Below are positions 49,893 to 59,074 of a DNA stretch of 64,000 nt, in pieces. Origin of the DNA: Kiritimatiellia bacterium (lineage in GTDB: Bacteria; Verrucomicrobiota; Kiritimatiellia; RFP12; UBA1067); assembly GCA_050949565.1 (NCBI GenBank), contig JBMNFY010000015.1, positions 32,001-96,000 on the forward strand, in the 5' to 3' direction. The notes beneath the pieces are model-generated. The model was given only the letters and a program-made list of their open reading frames with translations. It was not told the origin of the DNA and searched no databases. The position numbers and the translations under genes were made by a program. The number at the start of each line of letters is the position of its first letter. Position 1 is the first letter of the stretch.

Positions 49893-50291
49893 TTTTATCT
49901 GGATTTTCTTGCTCTCCCTCATGTTCCCGTCGGGTGGGCTTTGCGGAGGACGCGAAGAGGTGCTCGCGAACGGCTGGACTCTTGACCTTTTGATCGAGCG
50001 GTTCAACCAGTGTCAAGAAAAGGCGATCGCCCACGATCTGGAGCACCCCCCGTCTAAAAACTGGGGGGGGGGGGACATATTTATGCAGGCTATTCGGTAT
50101 GGTTGAAAAACTGGGCGACCGCGCAGTTTAGCAACGGGGTTGAGGAAAGGCTGAAAGAGGCTGAAAATGCCTGAAAAGGCCGGTTTTACGGGGTTTCTAG
50201 CGGGTGCTGGTGGCGTCTCGACGCGGCGAGGGAAAACACCTTGAAAAACAACGGTTTGTCAATGGTTTGAGGAAACCTGTAGGGTAATTGA

Positions 50292-50335
50292 AAAGCCCCC
50301 GCGCGACCTTTGCAATGAGGTTGCACGGGGGCTTT
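50292..50335 (-). terminator. Intrinsic terminator of the phage early operon
   Basis: AAAGCCCCC...GGGGGCTTT hairpin with minus-strand T-run, just after the DUF3164 stop. Confidence 0.75.
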
Positions 50336-50355
50336 GGTGGGTGTTCTCGCGCCGA

Positions 50356-51009
50356 TCAGGACGCAGGCTTGACATCTTTGGGCGGCATGAGTCGAGCTAT
50401 ATCGAGGATGATTGGCTCTGGTTCGGCGGCTCGATCCGCTCGGTGCTCGACGTAGATGTAAGACTTGGATTGCGATGCGTACATCGAATCTGCGAGGAGT
50501 TCTTTTGCCTTGCGAAACTTCTCGCTCTTTAGATTGAGCTTTAGAATGCGCAACGCGGCAGTGCGGTTGATGCTACCGCTCGCTGTGTCGAGCAGACTAT
50601 TCACGATCTGAACGATGTCGCTTTTTTCCTGCCCTTCGGTGAGTTCCGCAACAAACTCGTCGAGCAGACTCTTCGCGATTGTCGCACGTTCATCCATCGC
50701 ACTGAACACGCGGTTTTTCACGCGCACGGTAATCAGACCGTCATAGCTACTGACCGTTACGTTGCCGCCCTTCGCTTTGAAGTCGGTGACGTTGGCATCG
50801 GCCAGCGCGGCCTCTTCAAGCGTATCGAGATCGCGCAGGGTTTCAGCCTGCACTTTTTCAAGGTCGGCCCGTGCCTTTTCGTAACGCTTCAAAATGCGAC
50901 GCACGATCTGGTCGCGCTTCTTATCGTAGGGCGAAACTAATCGGTTTGGGATTTCGTCGCCGAAGCGATCAATCATATACCCCGGACGTGCTTTGATTTT
51001 TTGTGACAT
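50356..51009 (-). CDS. DUF3164 family Mu-like phage protein
   Basis: YMID..G..IP..LV...D..RD, GGNVTVSSYDG, AK.LLDE, SKSYI pattern; follows MuB. Confidence 0.8.
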   Translation of the reverse strand: MSQKIKARPGYMIDRFGDEIPNRLVSPYDKKRDQIVRRILKRYEKARADLEKVQAETLRDLDTLEEAALADANVTDFKAKGGNVTVSSYDGLITVRVKNRVFSAMDERATIAKSLLDEFVAELTEGQEKSDIVQIVNSLLDTASGSINRTAALRILKLNLKSEKFRKAKELLADSMYASQSKSYIYVEHRADRAAEPEPIILDIARLMPPKDVKPAS

Positions 51010-51012
51010 GAC

Positions 51013-52074
51013 TTACTCCTTTGTTTGTGAGAGGCGTTGGATGACGTCGTAGGCGACGACAAAGTGATCCCAACTCATTTCCTTTTTCTGCTTTGCCGCC
51101 AGATTACTGGCTGACTGCAAAAACTTGCAGAACTGACCGAGGCCAGATTGTTTGAGCATAGTGGCGATGATCTCGGCGGCATCACCGTCTGGAGGCGGCA
51201 AGCCGAACGCGGCGGCAAACCTGTTGATGTCGCTTTTCGGCGGGGTTGCTGGCAACTGTAGACGGATGATGCCTCGGCGGCGAAACTGCTCCAGAATGAG
51301 TGCGAGCTTGCCGGTCTCGATCTCATCGCGAAACACCCGTGTGCCGCAAAACACGATGCCGCAACCGGTGCGGTCGTATAGCTCGCGCAACCACTCTATG
51401 ATGCGCACCGCGGTCGCGTTGCTACTACTGATCAGCGGCTGGTGCATTTCATCAAAGATCAGCAGCATCTGATCGCTGATTGAGTCGAACACGCGTGTTC
51501 GTATCTCGCTCGATGACGCTTTCGCAGATATGTAGCAGGCTTTCGCGACCTCGCGCTGAATCTGCCAAAACGTCGGTGCTGCTGGCATGCGGATGTACTT
51601 GGTTTGACCGTGATTGTTGCGCCGCGTGAATTCCATCAAACAGCTCGTCTTCCCTATCTGTGAGTCGCCGAAAATGAACGCGGGCAGTTGACCGACTAGC
51701 GCGTGGCGGCAGACCTGATCGATCTTTTTCCACGTTGATGTTTCTACGAACCCGATCACCTTGCGGTTACCTCGCGCGTCTGCGAGTTTGTGGTAGCGTT
51801 GCACCGCCTCGATGAGGTTGTCGTATCGTGCGCCGTAGCGACCCATAAACAACCTGTAGGCCGTGCTCGCGTCTTTGTCGATGGCTTTTCCAGCATCCTC
51901 CAGTGTCATTGAGCGATCCATGCAATACGAATAGAACCACCAGATTTCGGCTTTGTCTGCCTCTGTGATTTCTCCATCCTCCAGCAGTCGTGCGAGTGCC
52001 GTTTGTACTTGATCGCCCGGGATGCTCATGCGCTGAGACTGGGCTACGATTTTATCAGTGTCTTCCTTGCTCAT
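51013..52074 (-). CDS. MuB-like AAA ATPase (transposition protein B)
   Basis: GFVETSTWKKI, Walker A GDSQIGKT, Walker B LLIFDE, LRELYDRTGCGIVFCG. Confidence 0.9.
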   Translation of the reverse strand: MSKEDTDKIVAQSQRMSIPGDQVQTALARLLEDGEITEADKAEIWWFYSYCMDRSMTLEDAGKAIDKDASTAYRLFMGRYGARYDNLIEAVQRYHKLADARGNRKVIGFVETSTWKKIDQVCRHALVGQLPAFIFGDSQIGKTSCLMEFTRRNNHGQTKYIRMPAAPTFWQIQREVAKACYISAKASSSEIRTRVFDSISDQMLLIFDEMHQPLISSSNATAVRIIEWLRELYDRTGCGIVFCGTRVFRDEIETGKLALILEQFRRRGIIRLQLPATPPKSDINRFAAAFGLPPPDGDAAEIIATMLKQSGLGQFCKFLQSASNLAAKQKKEMSWDHFVVAYDVIQRLSQTKE

Positions 52075-52097
52075 CTTACCTGTCCTTTCTGATGTGA

Positions 52098-54185
52098 TTA
52101 CAAGAGGTCTGTCGTATCGGCGACGCTCAATGCATCGTCGTCTTGTTCCTCGCCGCCGGCGCAGAGGTCATCCAGCGTGACTCCCCGTGTGGCAGCGCGT
52201 CGCTCGGCGCTGACGGCTCGCTCGGCCTCGATACGCGCGGCCTCTGCCTGTCCGCCCTCGCGTAGTAGCGCGGCGTTTGTGCGCATGTCCGCGATCATTT
52301 CGCGGGCGCGTTTTACGCCGCGCCGTGCAACCGGAGCAATCGCCTCTGATAGCTCGCGTCGTGCAATACCGATCTCGCGTCCGACCGCGTCGAGATCAGC
52401 GCGATCAACGACATCCACGCGGTCACAGCGACCGACGTAGCGCCCCCACGTATCCGTGATGAAAATCCGTCGCGGATTAAATGGGTTGATCGTCCACAGG
52501 TACATCTCACCTTCTTTGAGTTGTACCTTTTCGCCTTCAGGCCCGACACATGTCGAGAGGCGGTAAATCTGTGGCCGACCGCTTTCGATGTCCTGATCGA
52601 CGAACACCACCTCGGCGACAGCCGGACACGGCCGGGCCTGAGCGAGGTCATCGCCGCAGATCATGGTCACGGCCCAATCTGGCAAACGCACCAGATCGCG
52701 CTGCCCTTCCTCCCAAACCCGCGCCCGTGACTTTCGGGCGACCTGTGTGTTTCCGGGCATTGCCACGAGCGGTGCGAGACGATCTTGCACCTCATGCGGA
52801 AGCGCGAGAAACTCACACTCGCTGTGCCAGAGATCGGCGGGGTGGACGCGCCACTGCCGCTCAGTTCGATTGTGCCATCCCTCTAACGTGTGGTCACTGC
52901 TCCACGCGATCTGCGCATAGACCTCATGCACCACGTCGAAAAACGTTGTCCAGTCCAACACCGGAAAGCGCATGCGTTCGGCGAGTTCTGGCGGTAGCGT
53001 ACAAGATGCGGCGAGCATCTTGTCCACGACCTTGCACAACGCCTCGTGGTCTTCCGGCTTGTCCAAACGCGCATTGCTGCCGGTGTAGCCCGGCAACGCA
53101 TCGAGCCGGTTCTGCGCGAGGTTGTGCCACGACTCAATGTGCGCTTTATGATCGGGATTGCCTTTCGTGTCGTAACCCCACTTGCCGAGCGGGATTTGAC
53201 GATCCACACCGGACGTGCTCACCGTGATCTTGCCGTCGCTCAATTCGTGCAACACCTTTTTCAGGCGGTCGCGAATGGCCGCCGTACCACCCTCCACGAG
53301 TAGCAGACAACCGTCTTTGTGGTAGCCGATATTCGTGAGGACGTGCGCCACGAGGAACCGCATGTCGGCCTCGGTGATATTGCGCCGTTTCCCGTCTTCA
53401 TCCTCCATGCGCGGCTTGAGCGCGAACGCGATTTTGTTGGCACTTGCAATGTCGATGCAAGCCAGTTCCAGCGGGCGCACGGCCTTGGGATAGCCACGGC
53501 ACACGACCTTGCAGTTATGCCACATGTCATCAAATTCGTACTGTTGCCCCGGTAGCAGATTCTCGCGCGTGGTGTGAACACGCGCGGAGAATTTCCGTGC
53601 GGCATGCGGCCCACGCCGTGCGGCGACGGTCTCGATCCGCTTCGGCTTGTGCCGCATCATATTCCAATACGACCAGCCCGGAGGCAACGGCATACCGGGC
53701 GGGCACTTCGGCGGCATGGGCTTCGAGCGTAGCTCAGGCAACGCCTGCCACACGCGCCTCCAGTCCACGTCGCCGATCATCTGCCCCGACTTGTAGTTTG
53801 CCGCCAGCTCGATGTAGGCGCTTTTCATCGAGCGCGGATGCTGGTCGCAATAGGTGCGCCACGCTTCGATCACGGCGGGCGTGATCCACTCAGCCTTGCC
53901 ACCGCCGGTGGTCTTGGCCGCGTTCACCAGCGCCCGCCAGTCGCCGGTGTTTCGTAGCGCGTAGAATTTGCGCTCCAGTGATTTGAATGACCATCCCGGC
54001 TTGTGTCGGTTTCGCGTGGCCGCGTCTGCCAGCGCCGTGCGCGGACGTGGCGCGACAGCCGCAGTACGGAAAACCTCTAGGAGATCCAGCACCTCCCATT
54101 TCACCTCGTCGGGTAACTGAGCGAATTCGGCGGCGTCCCGCTCAGGGACGCACGCGCCTGCAATGAGTTGAGTTCCCGTCATCAT
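52098..54185 (-). CDS. MuA-like DDE transposase
   Basis: 695 aa; YEFDDMWHN (D), KGNPDHKAHIESWHN (E); immediately upstream of MuB. Confidence 0.85.
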   Translation of the reverse strand: MMTGTQLIAGACVPERDAAEFAQLPDEVKWEVLDLLEVFRTAAVAPRPRTALADAATRNRHKPGWSFKSLERKFYALRNTGDWRALVNAAKTTGGGKAEWITPAVIEAWRTYCDQHPRSMKSAYIELAANYKSGQMIGDVDWRRVWQALPELRSKPMPPKCPPGMPLPPGWSYWNMMRHKPKRIETVAARRGPHAARKFSARVHTTRENLLPGQQYEFDDMWHNCKVVCRGYPKAVRPLELACIDIASANKIAFALKPRMEDEDGKRRNITEADMRFLVAHVLTNIGYHKDGCLLLVEGGTAAIRDRLKKVLHELSDGKITVSTSGVDRQIPLGKWGYDTKGNPDHKAHIESWHNLAQNRLDALPGYTGSNARLDKPEDHEALCKVVDKMLAASCTLPPELAERMRFPVLDWTTFFDVVHEVYAQIAWSSDHTLEGWHNRTERQWRVHPADLWHSECEFLALPHEVQDRLAPLVAMPGNTQVARKSRARVWEEGQRDLVRLPDWAVTMICGDDLAQARPCPAVAEVVFVDQDIESGRPQIYRLSTCVGPEGEKVQLKEGEMYLWTINPFNPRRIFITDTWGRYVGRCDRVDVVDRADLDAVGREIGIARRELSEAIAPVARRGVKRAREMIADMRTNAALLREGGQAEAARIEAERAVSAERRAATRGVTLDDLCAGGEEQDDDALSVADTTDLL

Positions 54186-55087
54186 TCCTCCTTTGTCGCT
54201 TTTTCAATAGCGCGGCATACCTGAGCGAGTAGCTCGTAGGTTTCGACGAGCTGGTCGCGAGGCAACAACGCATAGGTTTTTCGTCCGAGCCCGTGATCTG
54301 CCAGCATCGTTCGGACGGTGTGCCATGTGCCTTCGGCGGCCATGCGCCTGGCGACGGCAGAGTCGCCGTCAACCTGCGCCGCCTGCCACTTCATGAAGGC
54401 CTCGCGGTCTTCCTTCGGCCACAGGTCGAACGCCTTGTTTTGCAGGTGCGGGTGCTCGCCCTGGTATTGCGCCACCAGCCACGCGGACGGGCGGTAGCCG
54501 CCCTTGGTTTTCACCGGGCGCACGCCGTGCTTGTCGAGCAGCTCGGCGATCGTCATGTCGCCGACGAACGCGTCGACGCTCGCGTGTAGCTGGCTGCCGT
54601 CGTCGGCCAGCACCAGCCAGTTGCCCGCCTCGCTCGGGGGCGGCATCAGCAGCGCCGCGCCCGCCTCGCTCCGCAGAAACACCTCCGCGAGTTTGAGGTA
54701 ATACTGTCCCTTGCGCTCGCTGAACACATTGCCGAAGCGGCTGCGCACCCACGGCCCGTACTCGCCGTGCCTGAGCAGGTCCTTTGCGCTCCGCAGTGCG
54801 AGGCCGATCTTGATCGCGACCATCGCGCCGGCCTTGTCTAGGCGCGACGACAACTGGATGTCGCGCTGGATGCTCATCTCCAGACGTGCGAGCGACTCGT
54901 TGTCCTCCTCGCGTTTCACAATCGATACCTGCCGCGTGGCTACGGACTCATCGGTCGGAGGCAGCACCTCCGCCGCCGTAGCGAGCTTGGCTTTAGCCTT
55001 GCTCTCACCCTTCGCCTTCTGTGTCTCGGTCTTTGCCTTTGCCGTTGCTTTCGCCTTCGGCTGTCCTTCATTTTGCTTCTTCGCCAT
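54182..55087 (-). CDS. DUF3102 domain phage protein
   Basis: IGLALRSAKDLLRHGEYGPWV...SERKGQYYLKLA. Confidence 0.75.
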   Translation of the reverse strand: MAKKQNEGQPKAKATAKAKTETQKAKGESKAKAKLATAAEVLPPTDESVATRQVSIVKREEDNESLARLEMSIQRDIQLSSRLDKAGAMVAIKIGLALRSAKDLLRHGEYGPWVRSRFGNVFSERKGQYYLKLAEVFLRSEAGAALLMPPPSEAGNWLVLADDGSQLHASVDAFVGDMTIAELLDKHGVRPVKTKGGYRPSAWLVAQYQGEHPHLQNKAFDLWPKEDREAFMKWQAAQVDGDSAVARRMAAEGTWHTVRTMLADHGLGRKTYALLPRDQLVETYELLAQVCRAIEKATKEE

Positions 55088-55110
55088 GTGATGCATCCTT
55101 TTTGGTGTGG

Positions 55111-55443
55111 TTATCCCTGCACGCTCAGTGCGAGCAGGTCAATCAATTCGTCGGAGGTCAACCGCGACCCCGACGCCGAAATCCGTTTACGCGCTTCCTC
55201 TGGAACCGTGTTGAGCGCATCCAGTAGCGCATCGCGCAGTGCCGTCATGTAGGCGGCATCCGCTCTGAACCTTTGTTGCTTCGCCGATCCACTGCGTTGA
55301 TCCGCTGCGGCTTTGGCCAGCGCATCGGAAGCAAGCTGAGCTGTGAATAGAGATCGCTGTGCCGTCTGCACCGCTGCCTTGGCGAGTGCTTTGGCCGTTT
55401 CTTCCGGCCTCGCGGCCGGGTCTTTGCATGTCTGTTTTTTCAT
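55111..55443 (-). CDS. Phage hypothetical protein
   Basis: ATGA-coupled ORF in the early operon. Confidence 0.6.
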   Translation of the reverse strand: MKKQTCKDPAARPEETAKALAKAAVQTAQRSLFTAQLASDALAKAAADQRSGSAKQQRFRADAAYMTALRDALLDALNTVPEEARKRISASGSRLTSDELIDLLALSVQG

Positions 55444-55826
55444 TGCGCTGCCCTCGCGTTCGAGGCCTTCGCGACCAGCTCCTCAAGCGTGGGGAAGGCC
55501 ATCATTTCAGGTGTGTCGAAAAGCCCCGGTACGCGCCGTACGACCACGCGCCAGCGATCCAGTTTGCCGCGTCGCTTCGGGCGTCCGTGTACCGGGCACC
55601 GCGCCGAGTTCACGGCCAGCAACGTGCCATCCTCCACCCAGTACTTGATCTGGCGAACCGAGACACCGATTGCGCGGTGCGCTTGCTCCGGTGTGCAGGT
55701 GTTCGGCAGCCGTCCGGTCGGTGCGCGATCATCCGGTGCAGACGGCTTGCACGGCTCCTGCATGGCTTCTGCAGGAGGTTCGTGCATCTCAGGGAATAGC
55801 ATCATCTGTCCGTGTATGTCTCGCAT
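55440..55826 (-). CDS. Excisionase/MerR-like HTH protein
   Basis: TPEQAHRAIGVSVRQIKYWVEDGTL. Confidence 0.7.
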   Translation of the reverse strand: MRDIHGQMMLFPEMHEPPAEAMQEPCKPSAPDDRAPTGRLPNTCTPEQAHRAIGVSVRQIKYWVEDGTLLAVNSARCPVHGRPKRRGKLDRWRVVVRRVPGLFDTPEMMAFPTLEELVAKASNARAAQ

Positions 55827-55827
55827 G

Positions 55828-56157
55828 TCAGCGCCCCCCGCAGTCAGCCAGCTCGTCACCGTAGATGCCCGCCGCGATGTTCGCGGCGAGACTCTCCGGC
55901 CCCGACTCAGGAGCGCGCTTGCACGGCCCTGCCAACAACAGGCCCACCAGCACACAGACCATGATGCCGATGCCGCACACCGTGACCGCCAGACAGCCCG
56001 CCGACCGCGTATCACTGCGCTCCGCGACCTCGTAATCCTCCGTCGCGGTCTGATCGATCATGTTGCGCGCCGCACCGTGTGCGCCCTTCGTCATGATCCG
56101 CGCCTCGGCTGTCGACCGGCGCTCCTCAAATGTCCCTCTGCGTTTCGCTTCGCCCAT
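55828..56157 (-). CDS. Phage hypothetical membrane protein
   Basis: MGEAKRRG start with RBS GGAGG; one TM segment. Confidence 0.6.
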   Translation of the reverse strand: MGEAKRRGTFEERRSTAEARIMTKGAHGAARNMIDQTATEDYEVAERSDTRSAGCLAVTVCGIGIMVCVLVGLLLAGPCKRAPESGPESLAANIAAGIYGDELADCGGR

Positions 56158-56173
56158 GTCGCCTCCCGTTGTA

Positions 56174-56599
56174 TTACCTGATGCCCGTCTCAAAAAACTT
56201 ACGTGCCGCCGGCCTACCGTGCCTCCAGCATTCCGGCGCGTCGCACACCCACAGCGATTCAGTGTCTCCTAGCTTCGCCGGTATCTCCCGCCCCGGCGCA
56301 CCACACGCATGACAGCGCGGCGCGTCCTTCGCAGGTGTGTCCTTCGCCGGCGCAGCGTCGGCCAGCGTGATCCGGTATTCGTGCTCCTCGGAGATCTCCG
56401 GTTCTTCGTCTGCGGGCATGCGTCCGGTCGTTTCATACAGTGCAATCGCCGCGCGCATGTCGTCGCGCATGGTTTTGCACACAGAGCTACAGTCGTCGCC
56501 GAACGTCTCCATCACGGCCAGCACTCCCTTGGCCGCCGCAAGGTTCAGCACGTAGCGCGTCGGCGGGATGCTAACCTCCATCCTGAACTCACCCGCCAT
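56174..56599 (-). CDS. Phage hypothetical protein with CxxC...C motif
   Basis: RBS GAGGT; CHACG...WVCDAPEC. Confidence 0.55.
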   Translation of the reverse strand: MAGEFRMEVSIPPTRYVLNLAAAKGVLAVMETFGDDCSSVCKTMRDDMRAAIALYETTGRMPADEEPEISEEHEYRITLADAAPAKDTPAKDAPRCHACGAPGREIPAKLGDTESLWVCDAPECWRHGRPAARKFFETGIR

Positions 56600-56999
56600 G
56601 ATGCACCTCCCCGCTCTGCTCCAGCCGTTCAATGTCCGCGTCCGTGATCACGCCGCGCAGTTTCAGGCCGCGTAAAACCTCGGCAAACTCTGTACGTTCG
56701 CACTGCTCAGGCCAGCGCCACTTGCTGCGCAGCAGACATTCGACAATCGCGAGCGCCACCGCCGCCGTCTGCACCGCCTCGATGTAGAGACGTGCGCTGT
56801 GGACGTCATAACACACCTCCTGCGCGTCCCTGCCGACCAGCCAGCGCAGGTCGTTCGCTTCCCGCGCCAGCTCGCCGACTTCCTCGACTAAGATTGATAG
56901 GTAGGTCTGCGGATCATGGTTCTGCTCACCCCATTTCGCATCCTGTCTGCGGCGTTCGGCCAGCACGTCTCTGATCGCTTTTTTTGCGTTCGCATCCAT
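56589..56999 (-). CDS. MazG-like nucleotide pyrophosphohydrolase
   Basis: ERRRQDAKWGEQNH...ILVEEVGELA...EAVQTAAVAL. Confidence 0.8.
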   Translation of the reverse strand: MDANAKKAIRDVLAERRRQDAKWGEQNHDPQTYLSILVEEVGELAREANDLRWLVGRDAQEVCYDVHSARLYIEAVQTAAVALAIVECLLRSKWRWPEQCERTEFAEVLRGLKLRGVITDADIERLEQSGEVHHGG

Positions 57000-57096
57000 T
57001 GTTTTTTACCCGTCCTTTCTTCTGTTCAAAAACCACCGCCCGCGCCGTTATCATGTCGCGGAAAGCTGCGGGCGGTTTCCGGCACCCGCCGGAAAT

Positions 57097-57402
57097 TCAA
57101 GTGCTCCTCGCCGCTAAATCCGCAAACGGCATCGCCTGTTGAGCGCACCAGTAGGGCTGGCGCTTTGTGTAGTGCAACGCGCGTGACACTTCGCACCACG
57201 CGCCACGCCGCCACTCAAAAACAAACCACGTCCACACGCCGCTCTCCCGCGTGATCACCGCCCGCCGCCGCGAGCGTCGCGGCCCGCGCCACATACGCTG
57301 GAATCGCCCGTTGACCACCTCCCAGTCGGAGGCCGGCATCCAGCCTGTATAGGCCATCCCGTAACGCGCTTGCGGACGCGGGCAGTGCATGAGGCGCTTC
57401 AT
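57097..57402 (-). CDS. Phage hypothetical protein
   Basis: ATGA-coupled Trp/Arg-rich ORF. Confidence 0.5.
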   Translation of the reverse strand: MKRLMHCPRPQARYGMAYTGWMPASDWEVVNGRFQRMWRGPRRSRRRAVITRESGVWTWFVFEWRRGAWCEVSRALHYTKRQPYWCAQQAMPFADLAARST

Positions 57403-57698
57403 TGATCATCCTCCAACGTGAATGATGCGCCGATTGCCGCCACGAGCTTCCACGCCGCATCGCCGCTACGGGCGTCGCGGCCGTGCTCCAAGCCCAGAAC
57501 CTCACCCATACCGCACCAGCCGGAGAGGTTCCACTCCTCGCGCAGTGCGCGACGCGAGGAGTGAGGCGCGGTCGCGTTGCCGCAAAACGGGCACACGATG
57601 CGCTCGCGGATGCGCCTCCGGCGCTTGTCGCGGATGTCATCGCGCTCGACGCGATAGACGGGCTTTGCGCCGCATTGGCAGCGTCGGTTGCCTTTCAT
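57399..57698 (-). CDS. Zinc-finger protein (Lar restriction-alleviation-like)
   Basis: CQCGAKP...IVCPFCG...EEWN. Confidence 0.5.
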   Translation of the reverse strand: MKGNRRCQCGAKPVYRVERDDIRDKRRRRIRERIVCPFCGNATAPHSSRRALREEWNLSGWCGMGEVLGLEHGRDARSGDAAWKLVAAIGASFTLEDDQ

Positions 57699-57922
57699 TC
57701 GTGCCCCTCCTGCTTGAACAGGTGATATTTCACACCGTGTATCTCAGCCCACAACGAGCCGTCATAGTTGTGTCTGATTTGGGCGATGTTCTTGTTGTTC
57801 GCCATCGTCCACGCGCCGAGTGTGAATCCTATGAGCATTGCCCAAAGACACATCGTAAAATCTCTCACGGCCGGCCATCCTTTCTCGTCGCGCGGTTCAG
57901 GCATCGCACCACTCGCCGTCAT
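57695..57922 (-). CDS. Small phage membrane protein (true start probably downstream)
   Basis: One TM segment; stop coupled to the next ATG. Confidence 0.45.
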   Translation of the reverse strand: MTASGAMPEPRDEKGWPAVRDFTMCLWAMLIGFTLGAWTMANNKNIAQIRHNYDGSLWAEIHGVKYHLFKQEGHE

Positions 57923-58067
57923 CGTAGTGGGCGGGGATCACGTATGGCGCCCCCAAGTAGTGGCACACCTTCAGCGCGATCATCACGGGGCCGCCCGGCA
58001 CCTCAAGTTCCGGATCACGCCACAGCGGCATCGGCTCCGGATAGCGTTTCTGTTCTGTCCTGTTCAT
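57897..58067 (-). CDS. Small phage hypothetical protein (56 aa)
   Basis: Hand translation MNRTEQKRYPEPMPLWRD...DGEWCDA*; RBS AGGAG. Confidence 0.45.
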   Translation of the reverse strand: MNRTEQKRYPEPMPLWRDPELEVPGGPVMIALKVCHYLGAPYVIPAHYDDGEWCDA

Positions 58068-58179
58068 GTGGCTCTCCTAGTTGCTCTTACGCCAAACCAC
58101 CTCCGCCTCCAGCGCCCGCCGGATCGCCCGCAGGTCGCCCGCCATCTGTTTGATCGTGTTCCGCATTTCTTGTCTCCTC

Positions 58180-58515
58180 CTAGCTCCGCGCCGCCAGATC
58201 ATCGCCGGGCAGCGCCATGTTCGCCCGCGCCGCCCGGACGGCCTTGCGCCGCGCCAGCCGCGCGTGCTTCGCCCGCGCGAACTTCGCGAGCGCCGACGCG
58301 ACCGCCTTCGCGGACTCCATGTCGTCGGTCCGCGCTCGCGCGATCACCGTGCCGGAGTCGCCGCCGGCGCTCGCGCCGCAGAACACGTAATACTCGAACC
58401 CGTCCGCGGACGGAACGCAGCGGATGTCCGCGACGGCCGTCGGCGAGCCGTACCGGCTCCATATCCGCTGGATCCCGTTCACGCCCCTGTTCTTTATCGG
58501 TTTCCACGCGCTCAT
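58180..58515 (-). CDS. Phage hypothetical protein
   Basis: RBS AAGGAGG; coding-like composition. Confidence 0.6.
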   Translation of the reverse strand: MSAWKPIKNRGVNGIQRIWSRYGSPTAVADIRCVPSADGFEYYVFCGASAGGDSGTVIARARTDDMESAKAVASALAKFARAKHARLARRKAVRAARANMALPGDDLAARS

Positions 58516-58545
58516 CCCTGTGCCTCCTTTCTTGGTCGCTTGCCG

Positions 58546-59016
58546 TCACCCCGGAAGCCTGAAGTCCACCGCCTCGTAGCCGATGCGCTCGCACCACCCC
58601 CGGCCGACGGCCTCATACACGCCGTACTGCTGCGACAGCGCCGCCGCCCTCGCGCCGCAGGGCACCACCACGGTGAACTGGTAGTAGGACGCGCCCTTCC
58701 TGATCGCCTCGATGGGGTACGTCGTGTGCCCGATCTCCAGCCCCGTCCCGACGCCGCGCCTGGCGTACGCCACGGTCTCCCACGTCTCGCACCAGCCGCC
58801 CTCCGGCCGGCTCGCCTGCAGGACCGCGCCGGTCACGCCCAGGCCCCTTTCGATGCGGTCGCGCTCGTGCTCCAGCTCCACCCAGTCCGCGTGGTCCAGC
58901 AGCACCGCGCCGTCATCCGCCGCGATCACGTCCCACGGGCCGCTGCCCGCCGTCTGCCACGCCCCGCCGCCGCGCCGGCTCTGCCAGCGCAGATAAACCT
59001 GTTGCCTGTTGTTCAT
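58546..59016 (-). CDS. Phage hypothetical protein
   Basis: RBS AAGGAG preceded by a repeated hairpin cassette. Confidence 0.65.
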   Translation of the reverse strand: MNNRQQVYLRWQSRRGGGAWQTAGSGPWDVIAADDGAVLLDHADWVELEHERDRIERGLGVTGAVLQASRPEGGWCETWETVAYARRGVGTGLEIGHTTYPIEAIRKGASYYQFTVVVPCGARAAALSQQYGVYEAVGRGWCERIGYEAVDFRLPG

Positions 59017-59074
59017 CGCTTCTCTCCTTTTTGTTGTCCGCCCCGGCGCGGCCGCCGCGCCGGGGCGCCGTGAT

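Larger units (their letters stand above)
48414..50106 (+). pseudogene. Second partner gene split by IS insertion and probably truncated by the prophage
   Basis: Removing the IS and one TSD restores MTLRTHKVYGFI-WIFLLSLMFPSGGLCGGREEVLANG...; RBS AAGGAG at 48401. Confidence 0.7.

Noticed and set aside
57020-57100. tRNA or ncRNA in the phage intergenic hairpins
   Set aside because: Two GC hairpins but no T-loop or D-loop consensus and no cloverleaf
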